Shown one piece after another: positions 25,396 to 35,630 of a DNA stretch of 35,754 nucleotides. This DNA is from Candidatus Egerieousia equi (GTDB taxonomy: Bacteria; Bacteroidota; Bacteroidia; Bacteroidales; UBA932). The notes beneath the pieces were generated by a model. That model was not told the DNA's origin. It did not search any database and saw only the letters and a list, made by a program, of their open reading frames with translations. Positions within the stretch are counted from its first letter, which is position 1. The number at the start of each line of letters is the position of its first letter. A program made the position numbers and the translations under genes. The stretch covers positions 1-35,754 of the forward strand of contig JAGHUC010000068.1 of assembly GCA_018065035.1 (NCBI GenBank). Direction: 5' to 3'.

Positions 25396-25434
25396 GGATT
25401 AATAAGAAACTTATAACCATCGAGGTAAAAGAAT

Positions 25435-27498
25435 ATGGAAAAGAATTACAAAAGACATTTGATTACAGCTGCGCTGCCATACGCAAACGGTGGCGTTCAT
25501 ATAGGACATCTTGCAGGTGTTTACGTACCTGCTGACATTTATGCGCGCTACCTCAGGCTCAAGGGCGAGGATGTGAAGTTCATCTGTGGAAGCGACGAGC
25601 ACGGTGTTCCTATCACCATAAAGGCAAAGAAGCTCGGATGCACTCCACAGGACGTTGTGGACAAGTATCACAAGATTATCAAAGAGTCTTTTGAAGGTCT
25701 CGGAATAAGTTTTGACATATATTCAAGGACATCAAGCGATATTCACAGCAAGACCGCCAGTGATTTCTTCCGCAAGCTTTACGATGATGGCAAGTTCATT
25801 GAGAAAGAGTCCGAACAATTCTTTGACGTTGAGGCCAATACCTTCCTGGCAGACCGTTATATCACAGGTACCTGCCCAAAGTGCGGTGCTGAAGGCGCAT
25901 ACGGTGACCAGTGTGAGAAATGCGGATCGACTCTCAGCCCTGATGAACTTATCAATCCTAAATCCGCAATCAGCGGCAGCGAACCAATCAAGAAGAAAAC
26001 CAAACACTGGTATCTGCCGCTTGACAAGTACGAGCAGTGGTTGCGCGAGTGGATTCTCGATGGTCACAAGGAGTGGAAGACCAACGTTTACGGTCAGTGC
26101 AAGAGCTGGCTGGACGGCGGCCTCCAGCCAAGAGCCGTGAGCCGTGACCTTGAATGGGGCGTTCCTGTTCCTGTTGAGGGAGCTGAAGGCAAGGTTCTTT
26201 ACGTATGGTTCGATGCACCTATAGGTTACATTTCCAACACCATAGAACTTCTCGGCAACGATTGGGAGAAATGGTGGAAGAGCGAGGACACAAAGCTCGT
26301 TCATTTCATTGGCAAGGACAATATTGTGTTCCACTGCATAGTTTTCCCAAGCATGCTCAAGGCTCACGGCGGATACATCCTTCCTGAAAACGTTCCGGCA
26401 AACGAGTTCCTTAACCTCGAGGGCAGAAAGATTTCCACATCCCGCAACTGGGCAATCTGGCTGGACGAATACCTCAAGGATTTCCCTGGTCAGCAGGACG
26501 TTCTGAGATATGTTCTCTGTGCCAACGCACCGGAGACCAAGGACAACGATTTCACCTGGAAGGATTTCCAGACCAGGAACAACAGCGAGCTCGTGGCCAT
26601 ATACGGAAACTTTGTGAACAGGGCCATTGTCCTCACACACAAATATTTCGCCGGCAAGGTTCCGGCAATCACTACTCTGCAGGACATAGATAAGGAAGTG
26701 CTTGCACAGCTTCCTCAGTTCAGAACAGAACTAGAAAAGAGCATCAGCACATACAGATTCCGCGAAGCCCTCAAGACCGCAATGGACATTGCCCGCCTTG
26801 GCAACAAGTACCTCACCGACACAGAACCTTGGAAACTGGCCAAGACAGATATGGAGCGCGTAGCCACCATCCTGAACGTATCGCTTCAGATATGTGCCAA
26901 CCTGGCGATAGCATTCGAGCCTTTCCTGCCATTCTCTTCTGCAAAACTAAGAGCCATGCTCAATATGGAGAAGCTTGAATGGAACAGTTTCGGTTCATCT
27001 GAAATCCTTGCGGCAGGTTCGCAGCTCAACAAGGCGGAACTCATGTTCGCAAAGATTGAGGACGAGGTTATTGATGCGCAGCTGAAGAAACTGGCCGATA
27101 CCGACGCAGCCAACCAGGCCGCAGCGGAGGCGGAGGCAGCTGCCGCACCTGTGAAACCTGCTCCTCAGAAAGAGGAATGCACTTTTGACGAGTTCGGCAA
27201 AATGGATATCCGTACAGCCACAGTTCTTGAAGCTGTCCGTGTTCCTAAGACAGACAAACTTCTCAAACTCACAATAGACACAGGCATTGATACACGTACG
27301 ATAGTTTCAGGTATTGCTGAATATTATTCCCCTGAGGACATGCTCGGCAAGCAGATATGTATTCTTGCCAACCTGCAGCCAAGGAAAATACGTGGTATTG
27401 AGAGCAAGGGCATGATACTCATGGCCAAGAATGAGAAGGGCGAAATGAAATTCGTCACTCCGGAGAAACTCATTGAGAACGGTGCCTGCGTGGGCTAA
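25435..27498 (+). CDS. metG: methionine--tRNA ligase with C-terminal tRNA-binding (EMAP/Myf) domain
   Basis: 687 aa. HIGH motif [12 protein letters not shown], zinc knuckles CPKCGA...CEKCGS, KMSKS-equivalent KISTSRN and a C-terminal OB-fold tRNA-binding domain. Confidence 0.95.
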   Translation: MEKNYKRHLITAALPYANGGVHIGHLAGVYVPADIYARYLRLKGEDVKFICGSDEHGVPITIKAKKLGCTPQDVVDKYHKIIKESFEGLGISFDIYSRTSSDIHSKTASDFFRKLYDDGKFIEKESEQFFDVEANTFLADRYITGTCPKCGAEGAYGDQCEKCGSTLSPDELINPKSAISGSEPIKKKTKHWYLPLDKYEQWLREWILDGHKEWKTNVYGQCKSWLDGGLQPRAVSRDLEWGVPVPVEGAEGKVLYVWFDAPIGYISNTIELLGNDWEKWWKSEDTKLVHFIGKDNIVFHCIVFPSMLKAHGGYILPENVPANEFLNLEGRKISTSRNWAIWLDEYLKDFPGQQDVLRYVLCANAPETKDNDFTWKDFQTRNNSELVAIYGNFVNRAIVLTHKYFAGKVPAITTLQDIDKEVLAQLPQFRTELEKSISTYRFREALKTAMDIARLGNKYLTDTEPWKLAKTDMERVATILNVSLQICANLAIAFEPFLPFSSAKLRAMLNMEKLEWNSFGSSEILAAGSQLNKAELMFAKIEDEVIDAQLKKLADTDAANQAAAEAEAAAAPVKPAPQKEECTFDEFGKMDIRTATVLEAVRVPKTDKLLKLTIDTGIDTRTIVSGIAEYYSPEDMLGKQICILANLQPRKIRGIESKGMILMAKNEKGEMKFVTPEKLIENGACVG

Positions 27499-27505
27499 CC
27501 GCTGA

Positions 27506-29578
27506 TCAGATAGAATATCTACCAGAGGCTTCAAGCAGTTGCTTCTTGACGTTGTTGAATCTTGCAAGAGTCTTCATCAGTTTGAGAAGAAGCTTGGAGT
27601 CTCCGTTGTTCTGTACCTTCTCGATTTCTTTCTGAACTTCCTGGCATTTTTGTGAAACAAGTTTTGCCTTGTAAATGCAGATGCATTTTGGAATGACCTT
27701 GCCAAGCATCACGTTTTCAGGAACGATTGACTTGTTGAACTCCTTGATTGTTATTTCGTACGGCTGAACGAGCAGATTCGCTGTGAATGCGGCAATTTCC
27801 GCCTGAGGGTGGTTCAGAAAATGGTTGATTATCCTGTTCTGGCTCTGGCCGTTCATTGAGAAATACTCCTCGTATACAGTCCTGAGCATAGGACACTGCA
27901 TCTGAATGTTGTCACATTCAAGATAACTCTTTATATACTGTTCAACTATCTCAGCTTCCGGAACTTCCTGCCCATATACGGCTTCACCCGGATAGAACTC
28001 GCTTTTTCCGAACTTGAGCAGGTAATAGATGATTTCCTCCTCACTTTCCTTGCAGAATGCCCAAGGTTCCTTTACGAATCTCCCGGCATCAGCGTTTTTG
28101 CCATATCCATATGCCGGGACAGCAGCAGCGGCGTTACCGGTGTCATAGCCGCCCTCTGCCGGGAAATCATCACCGTCATTGCTTTGACGGGCATCCATGG
28201 CGGCCAGCCTTTCGCGGCGCAGGGCCTCTGAATGCTCGCGCGCATCCTCCTTTATCTTGTTTTCAACCACGCGCTGGTGCGCCTTGCCTATTTCTGAAGA
28301 GAGCAGGCCTGCGTCAAGAGACAGTTTCTTTGCTGTACTGTCGGTGTACAAAGTCCTGAGAATAGGGTCAGGAATCAAAGCTATTGAGTTCACAAGCTCC
28401 GCTATGACGCGAGAACGGCGTATAGGGTCTCTTTCCAGGTTCTCATCAGCGGCCAGGATTCTGTATTTGAAGTCTATGAAGTCCTCCGCGGCCGATTCAA
28501 GGAATTGCTCCAGCTCTGTCTGGCTGTGCTTCCTTGCATATGAATCAGGGTCCTCACCATCCGGGAAAAGGGCTGCCTTTACATTCATGCCTTCCTTGAG
28601 GAACATGTCTATTCCTCTGATGGAAGCCTTGATGCCCGCCCAGTCACCATCGTAAAGTACTGTAATATTGTTGGTGAAGCGCTTGATGAGTGCAATCTGG
28701 CCCGATGTAAGGGAAGTGCCGCCGCTGGCAACAACATTCTCCACTCCGCTCTGGTGGAACTGGATTACATCGGTGTAGCCTTCAACCAGATAGCAGTTGT
28801 CCTTCTTTGCAATCGCACTCTTGGCCTCAAAGATTCCGTACAACGATTTGTTCTTTACAAAGATCTCGCTCTCAGGTGAGTTCACATATTTGGCCTTGGT
28901 CTTGTCTGAAGTAAGGATTCGTCCTCCAAAAGCAATCACCTTTCCGCTTATTGAGTGCCATGGGAACATCACACGCCCGCGGAAACGGTCGAACAAATCG
29001 CCGCGCTCCTCGCTCTGGCAAACAAGTCCTGTCTTTATCAGATGCTCTGTCTTGTATCCCTTGAGCTGCGCCTGGGTTGTGAATGCGCGTGCGGCGTCAG
29101 GCGAATATCCCAGGCCGAACTTGCGCATTGTCTGTTCGGTGAAACCGCGTTCCTGGAAATAGCTCATTCCAATGTAGCCGTCCTTTGGATCGTGCAGCTT
29201 TGAAGCAAAGAAATCCTTGGCAAAATTGTTGACAATCAGCAGTGATTCGGTAAGCAGCCTGCGCTGGACATCTTCCGGATTCTCATTGCTCTCGCGGATT
29301 TCAATGCCGTATTTGCGCCCGAGATATCTGAGGGCCTCAACGTAGCTGATATGTTCGTGCTCCATCAGGAACGACACGGCGCTGCCGGCCTTGCCGCAAC
29401 CGAAGCATTTGAATATGCCCTTGGTAGGCGACACACTGAAGCTCGGAGTCTTCTCGTTGTGGAAAGGGCAGCAGGCAATCAGGTTTGCGCCCCTTCTCTT
29501 GAGGCTCACAAAATCGCCCACAACCTCCTCAATCCGGGTTGCTTCAAGAATCCGCTCTATGGTCTGCTGGTCAATCAT
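27506..29578 (-). CDS. dnaG: DNA primase
   Basis: CHC2 zinc finger CPFHNEKTPSFSVSPTKGIFKCFGCGKAG and TOPRIM (LVEGYTDV, DGDWAG). The start is taken as ATG 29578 (MIDQQTIERIL); the ORF track's longer start at 29626 is less likely. It converges on metG with an 8-bp gap. Confidence 0.9.
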   Translation of the reverse strand: MIDQQTIERILEATRIEEVVGDFVSLKRRGANLIACCPFHNEKTPSFSVSPTKGIFKCFGCGKAGSAVSFLMEHEHISYVEALRYLGRKYGIEIRESNENPEDVQRRLLTESLLIVNNFAKDFFASKLHDPKDGYIGMSYFQERGFTEQTMRKFGLGYSPDAARAFTTQAQLKGYKTEHLIKTGLVCQSEERGDLFDRFRGRVMFPWHSISGKVIAFGGRILTSDKTKAKYVNSPESEIFVKNKSLYGIFEAKSAIAKKDNCYLVEGYTDVIQFHQSGVENVVASGGTSLTSGQIALIKRFTNNITVLYDGDWAGIKASIRGIDMFLKEGMNVKAALFPDGEDPDSYARKHSQTELEQFLESAAEDFIDFKYRILAADENLERDPIRRSRVIAELVNSIALIPDPILRTLYTDSTAKKLSLDAGLLSSEIGKAHQRVVENKIKEDAREHSEALRRERLAAMDARQSNDGDDFPAEGGYDTGNAAAAVPAYGYGKNADAGRFVKEPWAFCKESEEEIIYYLLKFGKSEFYPGEAVYGQEVPEAEIVEQYIKSYLECDNIQMQCPMLRTVYEEYFSMNGQSQNRIINHFLNHPQAEIAAFTANLLVQPYEITIKEFNKSIVPENVMLGKVIPKCICIYKAKLVSQKCQEVQKEIEKVQNNGDSKLLLKLMKTLARFNNVKKQLLEASGRYSI

Positions 29579-29694
29579 TCTTTTGCAAAGATAATCAATC
29601 TTTAATACTGAAATGATTCCCGGCACTTTTTTGGTTGCAAAATATGGCTTTGCTTCCTAACTTTGCAAATTAGGGTATTATTGAATAATGTAAA

Positions 29695-30732
29695 ATGCAG
29701 GAGAAGACACCGTTGATAGGCATGAATCTGGACAGACTCCAGGAAATTGTTCTCGAGGAAGGCTTGCCGAAATTCACCGCCAGGCAGATAGCCCAGTGGA
29801 TTTATGTGAAGCACTGCCGCTCCATTGACCAGATGAGCAACCTTTCCAAGGCTGCCCGCGAGCGCCTGAGCCAGAAATATGAAGTGGGTGTCCCTGCTCC
29901 TCTCATGGTGCATACCAGTGCCGATGGTACAAAGAAATATCTCTTTGGAACCCACACGGATATGGCCGTAGAGGCGGTTATGATACCTGATGGCGAGCGC
30001 GCCACTCTCTGCGTATCCTCGCAGGCGGGATGCAGGATGGGATGCCGTTTCTGCATGACAGGCAGGCAGGGCTTTCACGGCAATCTGAGCACTGCGCAGA
30101 TAATAGGCCAGTTCCTTGGAGTAGAGGAGCATGACCGGCTGACCAATACCGTATTCATGGGAATGGGCGAGCCAATGGACAACCTTGAGGCTGTGCTGGG
30201 TGCTCTGGAAATACTTACTGCTCCCTGGGGCTTCGCCTGGTCTCCGAAAAGGATAACGGTGAGCAGCATAGGCGTAATTCCAAATCTGAAGGTTCTTCTG
30301 GACCAGACAAAGGTTCATATAGCAATATCACTCCACAATCCATTCCCATCGCAGCGTATGGAACTCATGCCAATGGAGAAGGCCTGGCCGATTGAAAAAG
30401 TGCTGGCACTGCTCAGGCAGTACGATTTCACAGGACAGCGCAGGGTGAGTTTCGAATATACCATCTTCAGTGGATTGAATGATTCAAAGGTCCACGCCGA
30501 TGCCCTGATAAGGCTGCTCAGGGGACTGGAGTGCAGGGTGAATCTGATACGATTCCACGCAATTCCGGACTCTCCCCTGAAAACGGCTCCGCTCAGTGCA
30601 ATGGAAATGTTCCGTGACAGAGTGTCCGCAGGGGGAATAACGGCAACCATACGTGCTTCACGCGGAGAGGACATATTCGCCGCATGCGGCCTTCTGAGCG
30701 GAGAACATAGAAATGGCAGTAATGACTTGTAA
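29695..30732 (+). CDS. rlmN: 23S rRNA (adenine2503-C2)/tRNA methyltransferase, radical SAM
   Basis: 345 aa. Radical SAM CxxxCxxC (CVSSQAGCRMGCRFCMTG) and the typical RlmN N-terminus (FTARQIAQWIY...MSNLSK). Divergent from dnaG. Confidence 0.9.
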   Translation: MQEKTPLIGMNLDRLQEIVLEEGLPKFTARQIAQWIYVKHCRSIDQMSNLSKAARERLSQKYEVGVPAPLMVHTSADGTKKYLFGTHTDMAVEAVMIPDGERATLCVSSQAGCRMGCRFCMTGRQGFHGNLSTAQIIGQFLGVEEHDRLTNTVFMGMGEPMDNLEAVLGALEILTAPWGFAWSPKRITVSSIGVIPNLKVLLDQTKVHIAISLHNPFPSQRMELMPMEKAWPIEKVLALLRQYDFTGQRRVSFEYTIFSGLNDSKVHADALIRLLRGLECRVNLIRFHAIPDSPLKTAPLSAMEMFRDRVSAGGITATIRASRGEDIFAACGLLSGEHRNGSNDL

Positions 30733-30745
30733 AAATAAATCATAT

Positions 30746-33235
30746 ATGGTGAAATACAGATATATCAGGATATTTCTTGCAGTGCTTGTATCCATAAGCA
30801 TATCGTCCGGTGTCAGGGCACAGGTGGTGCTGGCACCCAATGCTTCAACCCAGGTTGCGGTTCAGGCGGGATTGGAACCCAATACCCTGGCCGATCTGGC
30901 GGACGGGCAGGTGGAAGCCTATCAAATGAAACATCATAATGATTCCACGTCCAATACCTGGGCCGACAGGGCAAAACTGAATATCAAAATGACCAAGGAT
31001 ACGGTCTTTGTAATGCCTGAGCATCTTCGTGCACAGAAAACCAGACCGAAAGTGGCTGTGGTGCTTTGCGGTGGAGGAGCAAAGGGCGCCGCTCATGTTG
31101 GCGTGCTCAAAATCATTGAAGAAATAGGAATCCCTGTTGACATGGTTGTTGGAACAAGTATCGGAGGACTTGTTGGCGGAATGTATGCAATAGGTTACAA
31201 GGCCGATGATATTCAGGAAATGTTCAAGACAATGGACTGGAAATTCCTGCTGAGCAATGTGGCTGTGCGAAGGGATGCTTCTTTCAGGGCAAAGGAGGAT
31301 GACCAGATATATGTGTTGAAGGTTCCTTTCTACGGGTTCCTTCAGGAAAGGGAATCAATGCTGAACAGTGGAATGGTCAACGGTCAGAATGTGTTCAATG
31401 TGCTGAACGGATATGCAGGAGGATACAGGGACTCCCTCAGGTTCGATCAGCTGCCAAAGGAATTCGCCTGTGTTGCAACTGACCTTTCTTCCGGAGCCAG
31501 GGTAGTGCTCAGGGAGGGCTCGCTTCCAAAGGCAATGCGCGCCACAATGGCAATACCTGGATTCTTTGAGGCGGTGGAACTGGACGGCAGGGTATTGGTT
31601 GATGGAGGAGTGGTTGACAATTACCCGGTTGACGTTGCCAAGAGCTTAGGGGCGGATATAGTTATAGGAGTTGATATCTCGGATGAACTGTACACCAATG
31701 ATGAACTTAAGTCTCTTACGAATGTGGTCCAGCAATTGATCAGCCTGCTGGGCAACGATACCTACAAGCAGAACATAGAACAGACGAATATTTACATAAA
31801 GCCTGATATGGCTGGTTACAGCACCTTCTCCTTCAACAGGCAGGCAATTGATTCGCTCATAGGAAGGGGAGAGGCTGCCGCCCAGTACAAATATAAGGAA
31901 CTGGCATCGCTGGCAAGACAATTGAAGGAATACAAGGAGGAGCCTCCTATGAGAAACAATGTCAGAACGTATAATGCGGTCCCGATTTCAAAGGATATGT
32001 TCTATATATCCGATATAGAAGTCAATGGAGTGAAACCTGAACATGTACGCTGGATTCTGAAAAGAGGAGCTCTGCTCAAGGGGGCGAACAAGCACAAGAC
32101 CAACAGCGTGCCGTACAAGCAAGTTCTCACAGGCGAGGATATAGACAAGGCCATATCAAGATTCTATGGTACCGGTGCATTCAATTCGGTGACATATTCA
32201 ATGAAAGGTAATGATCCGCAATACCCTGATACCCTTGTGATCAATCTCACACCGGGACCTGCAAATGAACTGGGGCTGGGAGTCCGCTATGACACTGAAG
32301 AGGCTGCCGCAGTCCTTCTGCATATGGGAATACATACAAAAGCTTTGTTCGGTCCGTCGCTCGGACTGACTTGCAGATTGAGTTACAATCCTTATATAAA
32401 GGTCAATGGAGCATACACTTTCCAGCATTTCTCAAAAGTCAACCTGGAATATCTGTTCAAATATGAGGATGTAAGCATTTATGACAGCGGAAAGATAACC
32501 TCGCATCTGCGTTTCAATGCACAGAGAGTTTCGTTCTATCTGTCCAACCTGTACCTGAGGGATTTCAACATGGGGGTGGGCGTGAGATACCAGAACTATC
32601 ATACAGATGACTTCCTTCATCATGAATATGAATTTGCCGGCACCGACCTGAACTTCGTAAGCGCTTTCGGCAAGTTCCAGTTTGATGACCGTGATTCCAA
32701 GTATTTCCCTACAGGCGGAGGTTATGTGGATGGTATGTATGAACTTGTTTTCGGCGATGTTGGTTCGAACGATCACTGGTTCTCCACATTCCGCATCAGG
32801 GCGAATACTACTATCAGTTTTACCGACAGATTAACCTTAACACCAGAGATTTCCTACAGAATGGTGGGTGAGAATGGATCAATGTGGATTCCTTACAACA
32901 ACTATGTGGGAGGTGCCGAGCACGGAAGATACATTGATCATCAGATAGGTTTTGTTGGAATCAACAATATTGAGCTGGTTGAGGACTATGTCCTGGTAGG
33001 TTCTGCTTCTCTGAGATGCAGGCTGTGGAGGAAGCACTACGTATCCGCACTTGCAGCATGGCTGCGTACTTCAGATATTTTCGAGTCAATGTTCAATACG
33101 GACGGGCGGGGCTATGGAGGATACGGATTGCAGTACCAGTACAGCACGCCGCTGGGTCCTATAGGTTTGACTGCACAATATTCCACTTTCAGCAGAAATA
33201 CCAGTTTGTATCTCTCTCTGGGATATTATTTCTAG
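30746..33235 (+). CDS. patatin-like phospholipase fused to Omp85/BamA-type outer-membrane beta-barrel
   Basis: Signal peptide from ATG 30746. Patatin motifs are the oxyanion GGGAKG, the lipase GTSIGG and the catalytic Asp DGG. The C-terminal half is rich in alternating aromatic beta-strands and ends LSLGYYF (a beta-barrel C-terminal signature). Confidence 0.8.
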   Translation: MVKYRYIRIFLAVLVSISISSGVRAQVVLAPNASTQVAVQAGLEPNTLADLADGQVEAYQMKHHNDSTSNTWADRAKLNIKMTKDTVFVMPEHLRAQKTRPKVAVVLCGGGAKGAAHVGVLKIIEEIGIPVDMVVGTSIGGLVGGMYAIGYKADDIQEMFKTMDWKFLLSNVAVRRDASFRAKEDDQIYVLKVPFYGFLQERESMLNSGMVNGQNVFNVLNGYAGGYRDSLRFDQLPKEFACVATDLSSGARVVLREGSLPKAMRATMAIPGFFEAVELDGRVLVDGGVVDNYPVDVAKSLGADIVIGVDISDELYTNDELKSLTNVVQQLISLLGNDTYKQNIEQTNIYIKPDMAGYSTFSFNRQAIDSLIGRGEAAAQYKYKELASLARQLKEYKEEPPMRNNVRTYNAVPISKDMFYISDIEVNGVKPEHVRWILKRGALLKGANKHKTNSVPYKQVLTGEDIDKAISRFYGTGAFNSVTYSMKGNDPQYPDTLVINLTPGPANELGLGVRYDTEEAAAVLLHMGIHTKALFGPSLGLTCRLSYNPYIKVNGAYTFQHFSKVNLEYLFKYEDVSIYDSGKITSHLRFNAQRVSFYLSNLYLRDFNMGVGVRYQNYHTDDFLHHEYEFAGTDLNFVSAFGKFQFDDRDSKYFPTGGGYVDGMYELVFGDVGSNDHWFSTFRIRANTTISFTDRLTLTPEISYRMVGENGSMWIPYNNYVGGAEHGRYIDHQIGFVGINNIELVEDYVLVGSASLRCRLWRKHYVSALAAWLRTSDIFESMFNTDGRGYGGYGLQYQYSTPLGPIGLTAQYSTFSRNTSLYLSLGYYF

Positions 33236-33319
33236 TGCGTCCTTGATTAGGGGCAAGGCGTTGATAATATTGCCGAGGAACCTTGCTATGTAACAGCATG
33301 CAAGTATCAGAAGCGGGAA

Positions 33320-33958
33320 ATGAGCGGATCATTTGAAGATAACTGCAAGGACAGGCATAGTCCGGATGACGGCGTTTTGGAAAAGTCGCTGGTGAGGGCT
33401 ATGAAGCTATGTTCGCGAAGCGAAAAGTGCAGTTCGCAGATACGTCAGTATCTTCAGAGACTTTCGTTTACGTCTCAGAAAGGCAGATGCAGGTGTGAAC
33501 ACACCGAGTGCGAAGACCCTGCGCAAGCAAGTTGCTCAAGCGGTACAGCAGGTATCCGACGCTTGGAACCGGAGGAAATTGAACTGGTGCTGAAACGTCT
33601 TGAAGAGGAAGGCTTTGTTGATGACCGCCGCTTTGCTCTGGCGTATGCAAAGGACAAGATGCATCTTTCAAGATGGGGTGGCATCAAGGTGCGCAACTGT
33701 CTCGTTCATTTTGGAATAGACAGCAAGTTGATTGATGAAGCACTCTCCACAGCCGATGAATCAGGTCAGAAGGATAATCTGCACCTGCTTATTGAAGGTA
33801 AATTGCGTTCATTGCTCAGGAATGAGAATCTGCATTCCCTGAAATATGAACATAAGCAGAAAATATATGCCAAGGTGGTCCGTTATGCCATAGGCCGCGG
33901 GTACGGATACAGTGAAATAATGGCTGAACTTGGCACAATTTTTGTGCAGCAGGACTGA
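33320..33958 (+). CDS. recX: RecX-family regulatory protein with Cys-rich insertion
   Basis: 212 aa. LEEEGFVDDRRFALAYAKDKMHLSRWGGIKVRNCLVHFGIDSKLIDEAL matches the RecX helical repeat signature. An insertion RCRCEHTECEDPAQASC is present. Confidence 0.65.
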   Translation: MSGSFEDNCKDRHSPDDGVLEKSLVRAMKLCSRSEKCSSQIRQYLQRLSFTSQKGRCRCEHTECEDPAQASCSSGTAGIRRLEPEEIELVLKRLEEEGFVDDRRFALAYAKDKMHLSRWGGIKVRNCLVHFGIDSKLIDEALSTADESGQKDNLHLLIEGKLRSLLRNENLHSLKYEHKQKIYAKVVRYAIGRGYGYSEIMAELGTIFVQQD

Positions 33959-33982
33959 GTCTTTTTTTATGTTATTTTAATT

Positions 33983-35281
33983 ATGAAATCATTATCAATG
34001 CATTTGAAAACTGTTCTTCTTGAGCTGGCTGTCCTTGCACTGATGCTATGCTCCTGCAGCAACAATGATAAATCCGAAAAAATAGGTCATAGAGCATACG
34101 AAGACGGCAACAGCCCTGCATATCTGATGAATATGGAAATAGATTCTACTAACGTTCTTAAGGAAACATATCTGTATTCCTGCATTAATTCCGGCTCAGG
34201 CAGCAACTTGAAGATTGACAGCCTGTTCCTTGACCGCTATTATATTCCTGCACTAACTGCTGAAGATTCCAGTGCCATGAACTTGCGGCCTTGTATGATA
34301 TTCGTGTTCGGCGGCGGTTTCAGCCATGGCGCCCGTGACAGGGAGAAGTATCTTGACTATTTCAATTATCTGGCTTCACAGGGATATAATGTTGTCTCTA
34401 TTGACTACCGGCTTGGACTGCAGGCTCCTTTCGAGAAGAAATCAAATAAGATTGCGTTCGCAAAATATGCCGTGAACAGATTCGTCTCAAGCGTTGACAT
34501 GGCGGTTGAGGATCTGTACAATGCCACCAAGTACGTGTTGAGCAAAAGCGCAGAGTGGGGGATAGACCCTTCACAGATTTTCATCTCCGGGTCCAGCGCA
34601 GGAGCCATCACTGTGCTTCAGGCGGAATATGAGCTTTGTGCAGGCCGCTGCAAGGTCCTTCCGGAAGACTTTGACTATCGCGGTGCAATAGCATTCTCAG
34701 GAGCGATAGTTCTCAGGAAAGGCAAGCTCGACTGGGGCAGGAGGCCTTGCCCTGTCTTCTTCTTCCACGGCGATGGCGATTCAAATGTGCCTTTCGGCAA
34801 GGTTTCCACTCCGTGGTGCTCCCTCAACGGCTCTTCAAGAATTGTGGCCAGCCTCGATGATTTCAACAAATCCGTTGACAAGCGTGCCCGCAAGGTCCTG
34901 AAGAAACTCAATATGAACTTATCTGAAAATTCAAAAGGTTCTTCTTCTGCGGGCTTGTCTGTAAAGTCCGGAACCGGAGCAACTGCAGCACACAATGCCG
35001 GCGGTGAAGAAATCGAATCTCTCATCCGCGAATATGAGAAAGCGGGACTGGAATACGCATCATATACATTCTACAGCTATGAGGGAGTGGATCACTCATT
35101 GGCGGAGAAGCCTATGTATGAGAACCTGCCGCAGATTATGCTGTTCCTCAACGAATGCCGCTGCGCACCGCTCAAGGAACTGCCTGTATGCCAGACAATG
35201 AGGATGCAGGACCGCAGACGCCCGCCTGAAAAATATAAGATAGGCGTATTCGACTACTTCAAGTCAAACTATGGCAACTGA
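33983..35281 (+). CDS. alpha/beta-hydrolase fold esterase/lipase lipoprotein
   Basis: 432 aa with signal peptide plus lipobox (LMLCSCS). Oxyanion-hole motif FGGGFSHG, nucleophile elbow GSSAGA and downstream Asp/His (FFHGDGD, DHS). Confidence 0.75.
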   Translation: MKSLSMHLKTVLLELAVLALMLCSCSNNDKSEKIGHRAYEDGNSPAYLMNMEIDSTNVLKETYLYSCINSGSGSNLKIDSLFLDRYYIPALTAEDSSAMNLRPCMIFVFGGGFSHGARDREKYLDYFNYLASQGYNVVSIDYRLGLQAPFEKKSNKIAFAKYAVNRFVSSVDMAVEDLYNATKYVLSKSAEWGIDPSQIFISGSSAGAITVLQAEYELCAGRCKVLPEDFDYRGAIAFSGAIVLRKGKLDWGRRPCPVFFFHGDGDSNVPFGKVSTPWCSLNGSSRIVASLDDFNKSVDKRARKVLKKLNMNLSENSKGSSSAGLSVKSGTGATAAHNAGGEEIESLIREYEKAGLEYASYTFYSYEGVDHSLAEKPMYENLPQIMLFLNECRCAPLKELPVCQTMRMQDRRRPPEKYKIGVFDYFKSNYGN

Positions 35282-35409
35282 TAGCGGTGGCCGGTTGCTA
35301 TTATTCCCTCTGGAACCGTTTGGCGAGTTTGTGTCTTTGGTGTCTTCTGGCGTCCTCTGTTGATTTCTGGTGAGCTGGTGCCTTCCGGCATCCTCTGTTG
35401 CCCTTTGGT

Positions 35410-35630
35410 GAGCGCAAACCCCTGATACTGGTAGGGTTTGCGCTCAGTGGATTTTGCAACTATCTGATAATCAATATTGTTTTTCTGGTAAGTGTGCTCA
35501 AACCCCACCACTTTAAGGGGTTTGCGCTCAGTGGATTTTGTAACCGTCTGATAATCAATAGTGCTTTTCTGGCAAGTGATCTCAAACCCCTCGCACAAAC
35601 GAGGTTTGCGCTCAGTTGGTATCTGAAATA
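35410..35630. repeat. 84-bp tandem repeat (about 2.6 units), each unit with a 10-12 bp hairpin GAGCGCAAACCC...GGGTTTGCGCTC
   Basis: Units begin at 35410, 35494 and 35578 and are about 85% identical. The upstream 35330-35400 region carries additional short direct repeats (tcctctgttg...tggtgagc). ORFs are open on both strands. Confidence 0.8.

Noticed and set aside
25346-25434. T-box or other riboswitch leader for metG
   Set aside because: No specifier-loop or T-box conserved sequence is present. The metG -7 box lies downstream of the hairpin array, leaving only a roughly 33-nt leader. T-boxes are also not typical of this lineage.
25732-26640. Long antisense ORFs inside well-supported genes (for example 25732..26640 (-) 302 aa in metG; 29602..30318 (-) 238 aa across rlmN; 11168..11875 (+) 235 aa in the PI-PLC gene; 20073..20684 (-) in M16; 5492..6040 (+) in nhaC; 14776..15345 (-) in the TGase gene)
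   Set aside because: The opposite-strand genes carry unambiguous family motifs and signal peptides. The antisense ORFs are low-complexity (Cys/Ser/Leu-rich), lack motifs and have no plausible start context.
35410-35630. Possible CRISPR array or repetitive protein-coding gene (minus-strand 126-aa ORF 35269..35649 with STERKP repeats; plus-strand 77-aa ORF 35398..35631)
   Set aside because: Whole 84-bp units are about 85% identical with no unique spacers. The ORFs are open on both strands, as expected for a low-stop repeat. The minus ORF starts with TTG, lacks any signal or motif and overlaps the esterase gene end. Perfect 12-bp DNA hairpins are atypical for coding sequence. It is kept as a noncoding repeat with the coding alternative noted.
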